This document shows, in pieces, positions 51,380 through 64,000 of a stretch of 64,000 nucleotides of DNA (within the stretch, counting starts at the first letter, position 1; each line of letters opens with the position of its first letter). The stretch is from Camelus dromedarius (lineage: Eukaryota). The translations under genes and the position numbers were made by a program. The stretch covers positions 79,796,001-79,860,000 of the forward strand of contig NC_087436.1 of assembly GCF_036321535.1 (NCBI RefSeq), given 5' to 3'. Under the pieces are notes generated by a model. The model worked only from the letters and a program-made list of their open reading frames with translations, ran no database searches and had not been told where the DNA came from.

Positions 51380-54300
51380 AATCAACTTTAAAAGCTATAG
51401 TTTATGTACAATAAAATACACTCATCTTAAATGTACATTTGATGAGTTTTGACAAATAAATTATTCATATAACTACCATCACAGTCATTATATAGAATAT
51501 TTCCATTACCTGAGAAGTCTTGTGCCTCATCCTAGGCAATTCCTAACCCCAAACCCCAGGTCCAGACAACCACTGATCTGCTGTCAGTGTAGAGTTGATT
51601 TGTGTTTTCTAGCATCTAATAAAAATGGAGCTCTACATTATGTATACACACATTGGACTTTCTTTTAGTTCAGCATAATAATTTTGAGATTTTTTCCTTA
51701 TAGTTTGTGTTTTTGTATCTTAAGAAATTATTATCTAACCCCAAATCATAAATATTTTCTCTTATTTTTTCCTAGAAATTTTATAGTTTTGTATATAATA
51801 TTTAGGTCTATGATCCATTTTGAATCAACTTTTGTATATGTTGCAAAGTGTGAGTCAAAGATCATATTTTTTGTATATGACTAATTGTTCTAGCACCATT
51901 TGAGCAGATAGTACAGAGGGATCCCATACGTAACACTACCCTTCTCCAAGTAGAGTTTCCCCTATTATTAACATCTTATATTCAAATGATACATTTGTTA
52001 TAGCTAATGAACAATATTGATATATTATTGATATGTTATTACTAACTGAAATCCACAGTTTATTCAGATTTTCTCAGTTTTTACACAATGTTCTTCTTTT
52101 TTTTTTTTTCTGTTCCAGGATACCACATTGCATTTATTTGCCATGCTCCTTAGGCTCATCTTGACTGTGACAATTTCTTAGACTTTCCTTATTTTTGTTG
52201 ACCTTGAGGATTTTGAGGCGTACTGGTCGAGCATACTGTAGGAAGCTTCTCTATTAGAATTTGTCTGATGGCTTTTATCATGATTAGACTGGGGCTATGT
52301 GTTTTAGAGAGGAAGACCACAATGGTAAAGTGCCATTTTCATCACATCCTATCAGGGGTACATACTTGAACATGATTTATGACTCCTGGTGTTGACTTTG
52401 ATCACCTGGCTAAAGCAGTGTTTGTCAATTTTCTCTACTGTGAAATTATTCTCTTTTTTTCTTACCTCTTTCCATACTGTACTTTTTGAAAGGAAGTCAC
52501 TATGCACAGCACATACTCAACGAGTGGGGAGACATGATGCCCCTACTTTAAGATGGAGTCTCTACGTAGTTTTTTTGGAATGCTTCCGTATGGGAGACTT
52601 ATTTCTTCTTCCTCATTTATTAATTTATTTAATCATTTATTTATGTCAGTATAGTCTCAAGGGTATTTATCTTATACTCTGAGTTATAATCCAATACTAC
52701 TTTATTTTGTTGCTCAAATTGTTCCAGATTTGGCTATTGAGGGCTCTCTCAGTTATCTCCTGTGACCCTTTGTCATACACCCATCAGTTTTGTTTTTTTT
52801 TTTAACACATCCTTACTCTGATTCTGCAGGTTCATCTTGTATATTTCTTGTCTCAGTGCTAGAATCAGCATTTTATCAAGGGGCACAGGTTCTTTTTTTT
52901 TTTTTTTTTTTTTGAGAATAATAGAAACCAAGATCTGGGTTCTAAGTGTGCTTGTTGCGACTAGGATGTTGTTTATTTTAGATCCTCTAAGTTGATAGAG
53001 CAAAAAATATATGTATATATATACACACTCAAATATTTCTATATGTAACAATATGTATATTAAGCCAAAGATGAGTTCTTACTGATGGCTCCAATTCTAA
53101 TCCATTAGCACATGGATCATTCTAGCCTCCTCCTCTTGCTTATCTGTAAATTACCGCTCCAACAGTAAAAACTCTGGCTTTTACCATGTTCTATCCATTT
53201 TATTCAATTCTAGTGTATATATGTATGTATATATACATATAGCAGTATCATAACTGTTAACCGCTGTCTCTGAGGGAAACAACGTTATCAACTAAGTTAC
53301 ATTTATATGCAGTTCTATTTGCCTTTAGTCTTACAGGCTGCATTCATTTCCAAAGTTACTTAAGTAAGCATCTTGTCCCCAACCTCATTTCATACAGTTA
53401 GAGTCTCCTGTCACAATCTTTACTCTTTTCTGAGATCCTCTGAACTCCTAAATAATTTTTTAAAGTTTATACACATTAAAGTTCACTCTTTGTGCTTTAG
53501 CATACTATGGGCTTTGACAAATGTATAACATCACGCATCCACTATTATAGTGTCATACAGAATAGTTTCACTATTCTAAGAATTTCCTGTACTTTACATA
53601 TTCTTTCCTCCTTCTGTTCGTCCCCCTCACCCACCCCCAGGCAACCCTTGATATTTTGCTGTCTCTATAGTTTTGGCTTTTCCAGACTGCCATGTAATCA
53701 GAATCATACAATATGCAGCCTTTTCAGACTGCTTTTTTCATTTAGCAATATGCATTTAAGTTTCCTCTGTGAATTTGTGTGGCTTGATAGCTCATTTCTT
53801 CTAATTGCTGAATAATACTCCATTGTACGGATGTGGCATAGTTTGTTTATCCACTCACCTACTGAAGGACATCTTGGTTGCTTCCAAGTTTTGGTAACTA
53901 TGAATAAAGTTTCTATAAATATTCAAGTGCAGATTTTTGTGTGGACATATGTTTTCAACTAATTTGGGTAAATACTTAAGAGCATGATTGCTAGATTGTA
54001 TGATTTATCTTTGCAAAACGTGTCAAAATGTCTTCTATGGCTGTATTATTTTGCATTTCGATCAGGAGTAAATGAGAATTCCTGTTGCTCTACATCCTTT
54101 GTTGTCAGTTATTTGGATTTTGGCCATTTTACTTGATGTGTATGTTGTTTTAATTTGCAGTTACCTAACAACATATGGTTTTGAGCATCTTCTCATGCTT
54201 CTTTACCATCTGTGTATCTTCTTTGGAGCTGTGTCTGTTCAGATTTTTTCCCCATTTTTCAAATTATTTGTTTTCTTATTGTTTAGTTTTAGGAATTGTT

Positions 54301-54750
54301 TGTATATTTGGGGGAAAAAAGTCCTTTATCAAATGTGTGTTTTGTTGATATTTTCTCCCAGTCTGTGGCTGGATTTTTATTCCTTTAACAGTGCCTTTCA
54401 AAGCAAAATTTTAAAATTTTAGTAACATTTTGTTGATTGTGCCTTTGATATTTTATCTAAAATGTTCTTCACCAAACCCAACATCACCTAGATTTTCTCC
54501 TATGCTATCTTCTAGAAGTTTTGTGGTTTGGGGTTTTACATTTAGGTCTCTGATCCATTTTAAGTTTATTTTTGTGCAAAGTATAAGTTCTGTTATTTTG
54601 TGTGTAGACATTCAATTATTCCATCACTTTTTGTTGAAAAACCTATCCTTTCTTCATTGAAGTAAATTTGCTCCTTTGTCAAAGATCAGTTGAATGCATT
54701 CATGTAGGTGTCTTTCTGGGATTTTGATTTTGTACTATTGATCTATGTTT
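51380..54750 (-). mobile_element. Stack of nested or fragmented old L1MB/L1MC elements
   Basis: Several antisense L1 3' termini ('caaccactgatctgct'; 'ttcccctattattaacatctta'; 'tgatcacctggctaa'; 'ctactgaaggacatcttggttgcttccaagttttgg') and ORF2 3' sequence ('ctcctttgtcaaagatcagttg'). Confidence 0.85.
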
Positions 54751-54784
54751 TTTGTCAATATATATATTAATCTATCAGCCTGTC

Positions 54785-55185
54785 TATATGCACACAATGG
54801 AATACTATTCAGCTATAAAAAAGCATAAAAATTTTTCCACTTGCAGCAATATAGATGGACTTAGAGGGCATTATGCTGAGTGAAATAGGTCAGAAAGGGA
54901 AAGACAAATAATGTATATCAGTTATATGTGGAATTAAAAAAATACAACAAACTAGTGAGTATAACAACAACAAAAAAGCAGACTCACAGGCAAAGAGAAC
55001 AAACTAGTGGTTACCAATGGGAAGAGGGAGGAGACGGGCAATATAGGGGTGGGGGAGTGGGAGGTACAAACTATTGGGTATTAGACAGGCTACAAGAATG
55101 TATTGTACAACATGAGGAATATAGCCAATATTTTGTAATAACTGCAAATGGAGTATAACCTTTAAAAATTGTATAAAAATAAAAT
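54785..55185 (+). mobile_element. L1 3' end (L1MA9 or laurasiatherian-type)
   Basis: 'acacaatggaatactattcagctataaaaaag..atggacttagagggcattatgctgagtgaaata' through to 'gccaatattttgtaataactgcaaatggagtataacctttaaaaattgt'. Confidence 0.9.
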
Positions 55186-57099
55186 ATATATATATAATCT
55201 TTTAATCTCAAACTTCCAAGCTGTTTAGGAATCTTCATACATTTGCACACTCTCTTTTCTTTCTTGAACACTTTTGATATCTTCTTATTTCAGATAAAAC
55301 TTTCACGGGCCACTGGAAGAGTAGAAAATTTCCTTTGACCTCATTCCTTCCTTTATATTCGACCCCTCTGCAATGAACATAATGCCCTCTCTATATACAT
55401 ATGTATTTATTGAAAGTTTATTTTACTATTTGGGTCTTTGGCTGCCCCTATTGTTTATTACATATTGTCAGATTTTAAAGAGCAGGTCCGACAGAGAAAT
55501 ACACTGAAGCAGGCATTGAATAAAATCCTTTAAATGCAGTAGTGATTGCCTATGGAGAAGCTAGGCCAACAGGCTTAATGCCAACAAAATGATGCCAATG
55601 TCATCATAACAACATCAACTCCAACACAACGCTATTGATACCAGCATTTTAGAATTAGAGTAATATCATCGGCACTAGTGGAGAATGGACCTGATATAGG
55701 CTATTAGACCCTTTGCTGGCTCAGAGTCACTCATAACTTGCCTTTTGGGGGTTAGGACATGTGGCACAATCTATAAGTCTGAGATAAATGGGTACTTCAA
55801 CACTATTTGATGCATCTGTATTCTATAACTTTTCTTGCTAGTGGGTATTTTAAAATGCACTTATTTTCAGTTTAATAAAATAACATGACAGAATGTGTAA
55901 TGGAAAGACTGGATTTCTTTTGTTATTTCAGTCCACATATGCTTTTTAGATTAGGAGACCTGAGAAGTTTTGGAATAAGCAGTACATGCATTGCTACCAG
56001 TAGGTTAACGCCTTTCCCATGTGCATGGTGAGATGCCAGCCTTGGCCTGATTTCCAGACGTTACAGACCAACTTGCCTCTCAGTCTGAGGACACTTGATC
56101 TTCCCTTGCAAACTTGATCTTCTCTCACACTTTAGGTCAAATCCTAATTGTTTTCCATTTTCCAAGAGAATGGAATAAACACAGAAGAGCTGGAAATTAA
56201 GCAAGACAAGAAACAAAAATACTTACCCATTTGTCATTATTACCACCTTGGTCTGTTGGCAAAGATTATATTAGTGGAGATCTTTGAGCCATTGGGAGGA
56301 AAATGCTCCATTGGGAGTGTTTCCCTCGTGTTGTTCTCCATTCCTTAACCTTCTGGATTTTAAAAGCAATTGCCATTTTTCTCAAGACCTAAATTTTTAC
56401 CTCTGTATCCCAGGTTGTTGCCTGAGAGAATTCCCCTAACTACCTACTTATTCTGATCAAGGAATAGTGCCAGGTCATGGATATTATCACCAAACATCAC
56501 TTGACTTTTCAAAGACAATGATACCCTTGTTTAAAACATCATTAAAAATATTCTGGTCCTAAACTACCATCTATTATTTTACCTTGTAAACTGTGAATAT
56601 CATATTTTATTTTCTCCACATACCAGAAACATCTTCATTCTATTTTTATTTATGGTCTACAGATATTTAATTTCTATCACTGTATTAGGCACTAGAGATT
56701 TAATGCAAATATAAAAGACATGATCTTGATGCTCCACTACCAGTTACGATGTAGAAAGATGCAAAAGAACTTCACTGTCATGGTAACAGCAAGAAACCCA
56801 CATACAAGAAACTCTGATCAGCTGAATTCCAGAAAAAAATAAGACTTTCATAGGTCAGCAAAACTCTATGGTAGCTACTATACTGGGGCAGTCTCCTGAT
56901 CTGAATGAAATGAATAGAAGAAACAACTTGAGAGACAGAGACACTGTGCAAGGATGAAGACAAATCAGCTGAGCCTTGGACAAAAAGGTGGGCCAGGAAA
57001 ACAGATTGAAATCTGAAAGAGTCACAGATACAAAAAAAAGAATATATTAGTTGGCCTGAAAATTATCTTCTCACCACAAATCTTGCCAAGAAAGTGACA

Positions 57100-59840
57100 A
57101 TGAGTAAAGATCAGAAAATGGAGAGAAATTGCAGACTTCTGCATGTTCTTGGGGTTTGAGTTCTAAGGCTCTGATAAGCTGAATCAAAGGCAAAACAAAA
57201 GTATCTGAAATTAGAGCCCAACTTTATCCCAGCTAAAATGACAAGATAAAAAAGTTGACTTTGCCATGGGAGGTTAGAAGTTGGGCTAATCATAAATGCA
57301 CTCAATCTAATGAAACTTGAAGTCCAGTTTCAAATCAACTTGATTCCACCTATAGGGAAAGTGGCTTATAATTTCTTCACAATAAGCAAAATAGAAGAAA
57401 ACATATCTCAGTCATCTCTATGTTCTAAAAGATACGTAAAAGGATACGTAAAACAGCAGGAAAATGTGACCCATATTCAAAAGCAAATATGGTCAACAGA
57501 GGAAGACCTGTAGATGGCCCAGTTATTTGCATTAGCAGACAAGAGCTTAAAACAACTATTACAAAAATATTAAAGGGTTTGTGGAAAAAAAGGGGGATGT
57601 AGTGGTGAAGATAGGGTATATTTCAGCAGAAAAATGACAACTCTCAAAAAGAAATAACTGGAAATGCTAGAAGTAAAAACTAGAATATCTAAAATTAATA
57701 TTTTATTGGATGGAACTTACATTAAGTTGGACAGAAGAGGGAAAAAAAAGGGGTCATTGAATTTTAGGATATGTCACTAAAAAGTATTTAACTGAAACAG
57801 AAAGAAAAAAGTTGAAAACAAATATAGCCAAACAAATCTTCAGGGATTATATAAGCAGTGTATGGAGTCCCCAAAAGAGAGGAAGGAGAAAATGGTGCCC
57901 AAAAATTACTTGAAGAAATAATGGCTCAAAAATTTGCAAATATGATGAAATTACTAAAGCACAGATTCAGTAATTCAACAAACTGCAAGCAGGATAAATA
58001 TCAAGAAAACCGTACTGAGACACATCATAACCATGTTATTAAAAAACAAAAAGAGAAAAATCTTAAAAGCATTTCTAGAAAAAAAATACATTATATAGAG
58101 GGTAGCAACCATAAGGGTGAGGGCTTGCTTTTCTCTAGAGACAATGAAAGTCAGAAAACAGTGAAGTAGCATGTTTAGGGTGCTTGAAAGAAAAAGAAGA
58201 AGAAAAAAAAAGAGCCAACAGAGACCTCTGAATCTAGTGAAAATATCCTTCAAAAGCAAAAGCAAAAAATAAAGATATTTCAGATATAAATAAAAGTGAG
58301 CATTCAACATCAGCAGACCAGAACTACCAGAAATTCTAAATGAAGGCTTCAGGTTGAAAGGTTATGTAATCAGAAAGAAACATGAATCTATTGGAAAGAC
58401 TAAAGAATGCTAAAAATGGTAAATATCTCATTAAAGATTAAAAATACCTCTTTTATTTCTTATTTTAAAATTTCTGTAAATTATAATTGTCTGAATCAAA
58501 AATAATAAAAAATTGTGTAGTTATAATACATATAGAAATAAAATCTTTAACTTTAATATAATTTTTGATATGGTTGAATTTAAGTCTACCATCTTGATAC
58601 TTATTTTTTACTTTATTATTCTTTTATTTCTTCTTTGGACTTACACAACATATTTTTGGTATTCCATTTTATCTTTTCTAGTTATACTTCTTTGTATTAT
58701 TTTCTGTATGTGCTCTAGGAATTAAGACATATATCCCAAACCTCTCACAATTTCATTTGGATTAATATTATTCCCCTTCACATATAAATAATGTAAGAAG
58801 CCTAGAATAATATTGTTCCATTTACTTCATTCTGCTCTTCTCTTCTAGAGAAGAGCCAATTAAAAGGAAGAGATTATCAGACTGAATAAGAAAGTAAGAT
58901 CCAAATGTATGATGTTTATAAGATACACACTATAAATACAAAGACACATTATTTAAAAAGTAATAGGATGGAAAAATATAACATACATATTCTAATTGTA
59001 ACATAGCTGCATTAATATTGTTTAAAATAGAAAAAGAACATTCAATGAAATAAATACGGACATTTGAAATAAAACCTTTGATTTATTAAGAAGAAATAAA
59101 CATCTTAAATATATATGTAACTAATAACAGAGCTTCAAAATATATGAAGCAATATTTAAAAGAACTAAATAGAAAAACAGGCAAATATTTTTCAGACATT
59201 GGTAGAACAAATAGACAATAAAAATCCATAAGGACACAGAAGACATTAACAGCACTATCAATCAACCAACTTGACTTAATGGACATTTATAGAACATTTC
59301 GTCCAACAGTAGCAGAATATACATACATTCTTTCACAGACACATGGACCATGTGCTGGGGTCTAAAAGGTGTTCTGATAAATTTAAGAGGATTTTAAATC
59401 ACACAGTATGTAATTGCTGATCACAATTAAATAAATTAAAAATTAATAAGAAATTTGGAAAATCCAAAATTACTGAAAATTTAAATATTCTTCTAAATAA
59501 CAGAAATGTCAAAAAAGAAATTGCAAAGAAAACTAGAAAATAGTTCAAACTGAATGAAAAGGAAAACAACATATCAAAATTTGTGGGATGCAGCTAAAGT
59601 TTTATTTAGAGGGAAAATTATTTTTAAATGCTTATTATTAAAAGAAGGAAGATTTTAAATCAACAATCTAAGCTTCCACCTTAAGAAGGCAGAAAAAGAA
59701 TTTAAAAAAAAACACCTAAATTAAGTAGAATGAAAATACTGGACAGTTTGTATCAATGAAATAGAAATCAGAGGAACAACTCAGAAAAATCAACAAAGTC
59801 AAAGTTAGTTCTTTTAAAATATGAATAAAATTGAAAAATA
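57100..59840 (+). mobile_element. Old L1M: 5' region, ORF1 and start of ORF2 (pseudogenised), with an internal inversion
   Basis: ORF 57858-58169 'GVPKREEGENGAQKLLEEIMAQKFANMMK' matches the L1 ORF1p RRM motif GVPE..ENG.E..FEEIMAENFPNL. From 58859, 'attaaaaggaagagattatcagactgaataagaaagtaagatcca' corresponds to the ORF2 endonuclease IKR.RLSDWI.K.DP. Confidence 0.9.
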
Positions 59841-59859
59841 TCAAGCCTTGGGAAACTGG

Positions 59860-60110
59860 AAACCAGAGACCAGGTAGAAAAGGATGAGCTAGCAAACGAG
59901 ACTGAGAACAAACAGTCTGAGAAGAAGCAGAGAAGTAGGAGGAAAAAGCTATTGTGATCTCACACAGCCAAAGAAGGAAAATATTTCTAGAATAAAGGAA
60001 TGTCAACCAGGGTTTAATGCTATTGAGGAGCCCAGTAAGAGAACTAGAAAATGCCTACTTGATATATTAGTAAAATAGATTTAGATGTCCGTGGTGACTA
60101 AAAATTTCCA
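59860..60110 (-). mobile_element. L2 fragment
   Basis: 'agctagcaaacgagactgagaa..agagaagtaggaggaaaa..agccaaagaaggaaaatatttc..gtcaac..aatgct..gagg'. Confidence 0.65.
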
Positions 60111-60134
60111 GGACAGTAGAGATTCTATCTACAG

Positions 60135-60260
60135 TTGTCTACAGAGGAGCTAAAGGGGCCCAGTAAATTCCCAGAAATTGTCTATATTGTATGTGGCATG
60201 CATGTTTTTTGGTGGAAAAGATTTTTAGATTTTCATCACATATGCTCCAAGATGGTTGAC
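60135..60260. mobile_element. Charlie4z-like hAT MITE fragment
   Basis: 'ggggcccagtaaattcccagaaattgt..tgtatgtg..catgttttt..ttttcatca'. Confidence 0.45.
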
Positions 60261-60449
60261 TGTCTGCTTCCTCTTATTTGAGGTGTGTGTGTGCATCCAT
60301 CTGCTCCTGCAGAACTTTGCTGAAGAATATTGATATTTAGTGTCTCTTTCTCATATTAACAGAGAATGAACATTAAACTGGTTTCATTTTTTTTCCTCTC
60401 ATGAGCAGCACAAAGAAATTCTGATAACTTTTCAAATAGAATTTTTGGC

Positions 60450-60670
60450 ATTGGAGAAAGAGTGCTGAGTTTAGGCTCAGAAGAACTGAATTTTCAGACA
60501 CTTCCTAGCTATGAGATCTCGGGTAAGATATTCAAACATACTACACCTCAATTGTTTGTCTGTAAAGTAGGCAAAATTATATTAATCTAGAAAGGTTACT
60601 GGAAGGGTAAAATGAGATGTTGATTTAGAAAGCACTTTGAAAATTATTAACTGCTATAAAATGGTAATTA
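60450..60670 (+). mobile_element. MIR/MIR3 SINE
   Basis: 'cacttcctagctatgagatctcgggtaag..cctca..tctgtaaagtagg..aaatgagat..gaaagcactttgaaaatt'. Confidence 0.7.
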
Positions 60671-62162
60671 TTCTTTACTATATATACTTTGTGTGAAGAG
60701 ATATGAAAAATGGGAGAGACTATGTCTTAATTAATGTTGTGGCAGATACCAGTAGGGAGGGAAAAGCAGGAAGCACTTTCCTTGTGCCTTAAGAAAAGTG
60801 GTTGTCAGGCTTTCCAACCTGCTAATATTTACTGCACAGACTTCAATAAAAGCGAAACAAAAAAAAAAAATTCCATTTATGACGTGGATGAGAGCACATC
60901 ATAAAAGCTATGAAGTCAGATCAGAAGTCTTCACTTATTTTTTGGTAACTAGAACAATCTAAACAGAATCATGAATTTTATGCAAAGCAGAATAGAAGAT
61001 GAAATTTAGTTTGGGAGCAAAATCTTTCAAGCTAAATGTTGCCTCCTCTTCCTTTGATAAATAGTTGTTTATTAGTTTCTCATGTTTTTGCTCTAGAAGT
61101 TTGTATTCATGTATGATAGGGTGATGAAATGCATTTTCCTTTCTCAATAGCAGAATGATTTTTCTTTACCTATCTGTCAATGAAAACAACAAACTTCAGT
61201 GCTGGAAGGTCTAAAATGCCGACTCACAGCTAGTTCTTTTTGGGGGGAGTTGTTTTCATTAACTTCTCCATTAATAGTACAAATCTGTTGCCTGATTGAA
61301 ATGTCCTATGAAATTGCCCTATTCCACTCAAATCTGGAAGTCTTTCCCCACAGCAAATGTTTTGAGATATTGCTTCTGATTCTGTGAAATAAAATACGGT
61401 CCAGATTTGACAAGTAAAGATTAAGTTGGAGCGGTCCTTGGTGTCCCCTCCCTTCAAGGCTGAAAAGAAACCTCGCAGCATTGCAGTCTGTGGAGGTGCT
61501 GTCATTAGAGAACTCATCTAAATGCTCTCCCTACCTGTTGTGCTCTCTCTGGCTTATATCAATTGTTATAAAAGCAGCTCTGGACGATTCCAGAGACTAT
61601 AATGGGAAATAATCTCTTGGGCAATATTGATTCTGAATCACAATTAAAATATAATGCAGGTTTACTGAAAACTGAAATGCCTATTAAAAATTCAAATACA
61701 GATATGCTTGAAAAAAATCATATTTTCAAAGAAGTTAAATATAATTTTATTAATATTTGGGGCCTTTTGTTAATTAAGCTATTGATTTAAAAATAGGTTG
61801 AGTTATACCTATAAGCTAACAAATTATTCTCCTTTGCAATCATTTCCTTTCAAAGTAGTCCCACAAAAGGACTTGAGTCTTATTTCAACAATGTTATCCA
61901 GTGCTCAAAATATTTCCTGAAATATATTTTGGGTTTACTGTCAAAAAATACTGTCAGTATTTTTTGCTTGAATTTTATCAGAATTTTCTCCAAATGGGTC
62001 TTGGCTATTTGGAGAAATGAAATGAAGATTTTCTACCCCAGAGGACATTTTCATAAATCAACTTCAGGCTTTGAAGACTGTATTTTAAAAAGGTATTCCA
62101 AACCTGGTTTTAGGATTGGTAGTTTTGTTGAAAATAAGTATATAGTCTTTTTGACTATGTCA

Positions 62163-62279
62163 AAGGTAATGTGATATCTAACCCTGGTTTGCCCAGAACT
62201 TCCTCACTTTTAGTACTCAAAGTCTTGTATCATAGAAGACATCTCAATCCCAGGAAAACTGAAAAGATAGATCACCTTG
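62163..62279. mobile_element. MER81-like hAT-Blackjack MITE
   Basis: 'cctggtttgcccagaact..ttttagtactcaaagtc..tcaatcccaggaaaactg..atcacctt'. Confidence 0.7.
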
Positions 62280-62344
62280 GAAAGGCAACTATTTTTATTT
62301 GGACGATAGTGATCGTAGACTCTCCTGGATTTAATTAAGGTATA

Positions 62345-62745
62345 TAGAATTTATAGCTTGGCACGGAACAACCCAGAATAAAGACTATATAGCTTCTAGC
62401 TTCCTTTCCAGCTAGGTGTGCTCATGTGACTAAGGACTAGACAATGAGATATAAGTGTAGGTAAGACATGGAACTTCTGAGAAGTATCCTTAAAGGGAAG
62501 GGATGTGCTCTGCTTTTCCCCTCCCAGGGCCTGCCACCATATTGGATAATGAGATGATCTTGCGGAGGAAAGTCACGCCCAGTGGGGCTTGAGTCATTGT
62601 CACTGTGGAGTGCCATATTAACTCTGGAGTTTTTATTTCCATACTTTTTGATTGAGAGAGAGAGAAGCAAATTTCTATGTTTTTAACACTGCTGTCATTT
62701 GAGGCTTTTCTGTTACCCAACACTGAATCACATCCTCTGATGTGA
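62345..62745 (+). mobile_element. MLT1J-like MaLR LTR
   Basis: 'cccagaataaagacta..cagctaggtgtgctcatgtgactaag..caatgagatataagtg..ggaacttctgagaag..ccttaaaggga'. Confidence 0.75.
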
Positions 62746-63537
62746 TAGTAAGAAGTTTTAACAAGAAAGGTGATTTTTTTCAACTCCTTCATGGTCGGGA
62801 AAATACACACCTTACATAATTCTTCATCTTAGTTTTAGAATGTTTATTTGTAGCCAGAGTCACAAAGTTCTAAATTTAAAATTAATTTTAATTTACCTTA
62901 ATTTGATATATAAAATATAGGCCAAAGGGAGGTTATACAAGGGAAGAAGAAATCAAACGGATACTCATTTTTCTGAAGTTTTTGTAGCATCTTCTCCCAA
63001 GAGACTTCGGGGGTGGGAATTTTGTAGAGTCTGGGGGAGTGCTGAAACTCGCTGTCATCCTTGTCTTTAATGACGGCCCGCTCTGCTGGCTCTTTTTGTA
63101 ACTCTCTAGCTACTCCTTCTCACTCTGCTCTGTGGACACGTCTTGCTTTGCCAATCCATTTTTTGATGTGCTTCTCTTCCTTCATCTTTAACCTAACACT
63201 CCCTACCCTTTTATACCATATTCTTAATTGATCTTACCCACTTTTCTGTTGAAACAAACTTTATTTAAAGCCAAGTTCTACATACATTGGCATATAATTC
63301 TTTATTTTACCTTTATGTGGTTCCCAGCAGGTCTCCTAATTCATGACTTGTTTGTCTCTGCCTTAATTCCAGTCATTTCCTTAAATACAAATGTGAATCA
63401 ACTTTTAAATATTAACTTGCTACTTTTAGAGTACTATGTTTTCTCTTTCCTCCCCTATCTAAAAGTTATTTTCAAGTTCTCTCAGTCCAGGCCAGGGATT
63501 TCAAATGTTTTTGATCACAGCCGACACACTGCAACCC

Positions 63538-63577
63538 AACACACACACACACACACGCGCGCACGCACACACACACA
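63538..63577. repeat. Compound (CA)n(CG)n(CA)n microsatellite
   Basis: Directly visible alternating purine-pyrimidine tract. Confidence 0.9.
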
Positions 63578-64000
63578 TTCAAATAGAATGGACTATAACT
63601 GAATAGAAGAAAAGAGAAAATATATTTTATACTAAAGTGAATCTCATACAGTAAGAATAAGTAATCTTTAACTTTGTTTAATTCTATGCACACACATACA
63701 CAATTACTATATGACACACACTGTTTTCTAGCTGCTTCTATTACAGTCTATTTTGTTCTCGTCTACTTGGTTCAAAATGAATATCTAACACATCAACAAA
63801 ATTAAGTTCACAATGCACTAACAAATCATGACACACAATCTGAAAAACACTCACTAAAATATTCTTATCAGAAGGGAGGAGAAAGGGAGAATGTCCTTGA
63901 TATTCCCAGGACCCAAGGAGTTTTTTAGAAGGTCAGATAAAATGACAACCTCTGGTGGCTGTGTTTATGGTATCAAAACTGTATCTTCAGTGTCAAAGTG

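Noticed and set aside
57858..58169. 103-aa ORF with clear protein similarity
   Set aside because: It is a frameshifted remnant of L1 ORF1p, not a host gene.
33569..63720. Similar ~30-bp strings at 33569-33600 and 63685-63720 (tatgcacacaca..caattacta.atg..acacaca)
   Set aside because: Most of the match is CA/TA low-complexity sequence and the flanks do not align, so there is no evidence of a duplication.
1..64000. ORFs of 60-160 aa in the supplied track as protein-coding genes
   Set aside because: None resembles a cellular protein I recognise. Many start at non-ATG codons, have low-complexity F/L/I/K-rich composition, or lie inside L1/LTR/MIR repeats.

Overview
AT-rich mammalian nuclear DNA, most likely a camelid (alpaca/llama/camel). 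This rests on a Vic-1-type tRNA-derived SINE at 5834-5958 and on the apparent absence of Alu, BovB/Bov-A, PRE1 and Can-SINE elements. I could not recognise any protein-coding exon, tRNA, rRNA or CRISPR array. The ORFs in the supplied track are short chance ORFs or decayed L1 ORF1/ORF2 sequence. The window reads as a gene desert or large intron filled with ancient mammalian repeats: MIR, L2, L1M, MLT1/LTR16/LTR33, MER3/MER5/MER81/MER102/MER104 and MamSINE1. Between them lie repeat-free stretches rich in CpG and homeobox motifs that resemble conserved developmental enhancers, the strongest at about 10.5-11.1 kb. The best-supported oddities are three: an in-place inversion of about 300 bp inside an old L1, with a 9-bp hairpin at one breakpoint; a triple-nested MER5A1/L1/MLT1 structure with a triplicated junction motif; and a solo ERV1-type LTR that keeps its CCAAT/TATA motifs but lacks a canonical polyA signal. 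I see no convincing evidence of a novel biological system. Repeat family names come from recalled consensus sequences and boundaries are approximate (tens of bp) unless target-site duplications are given.
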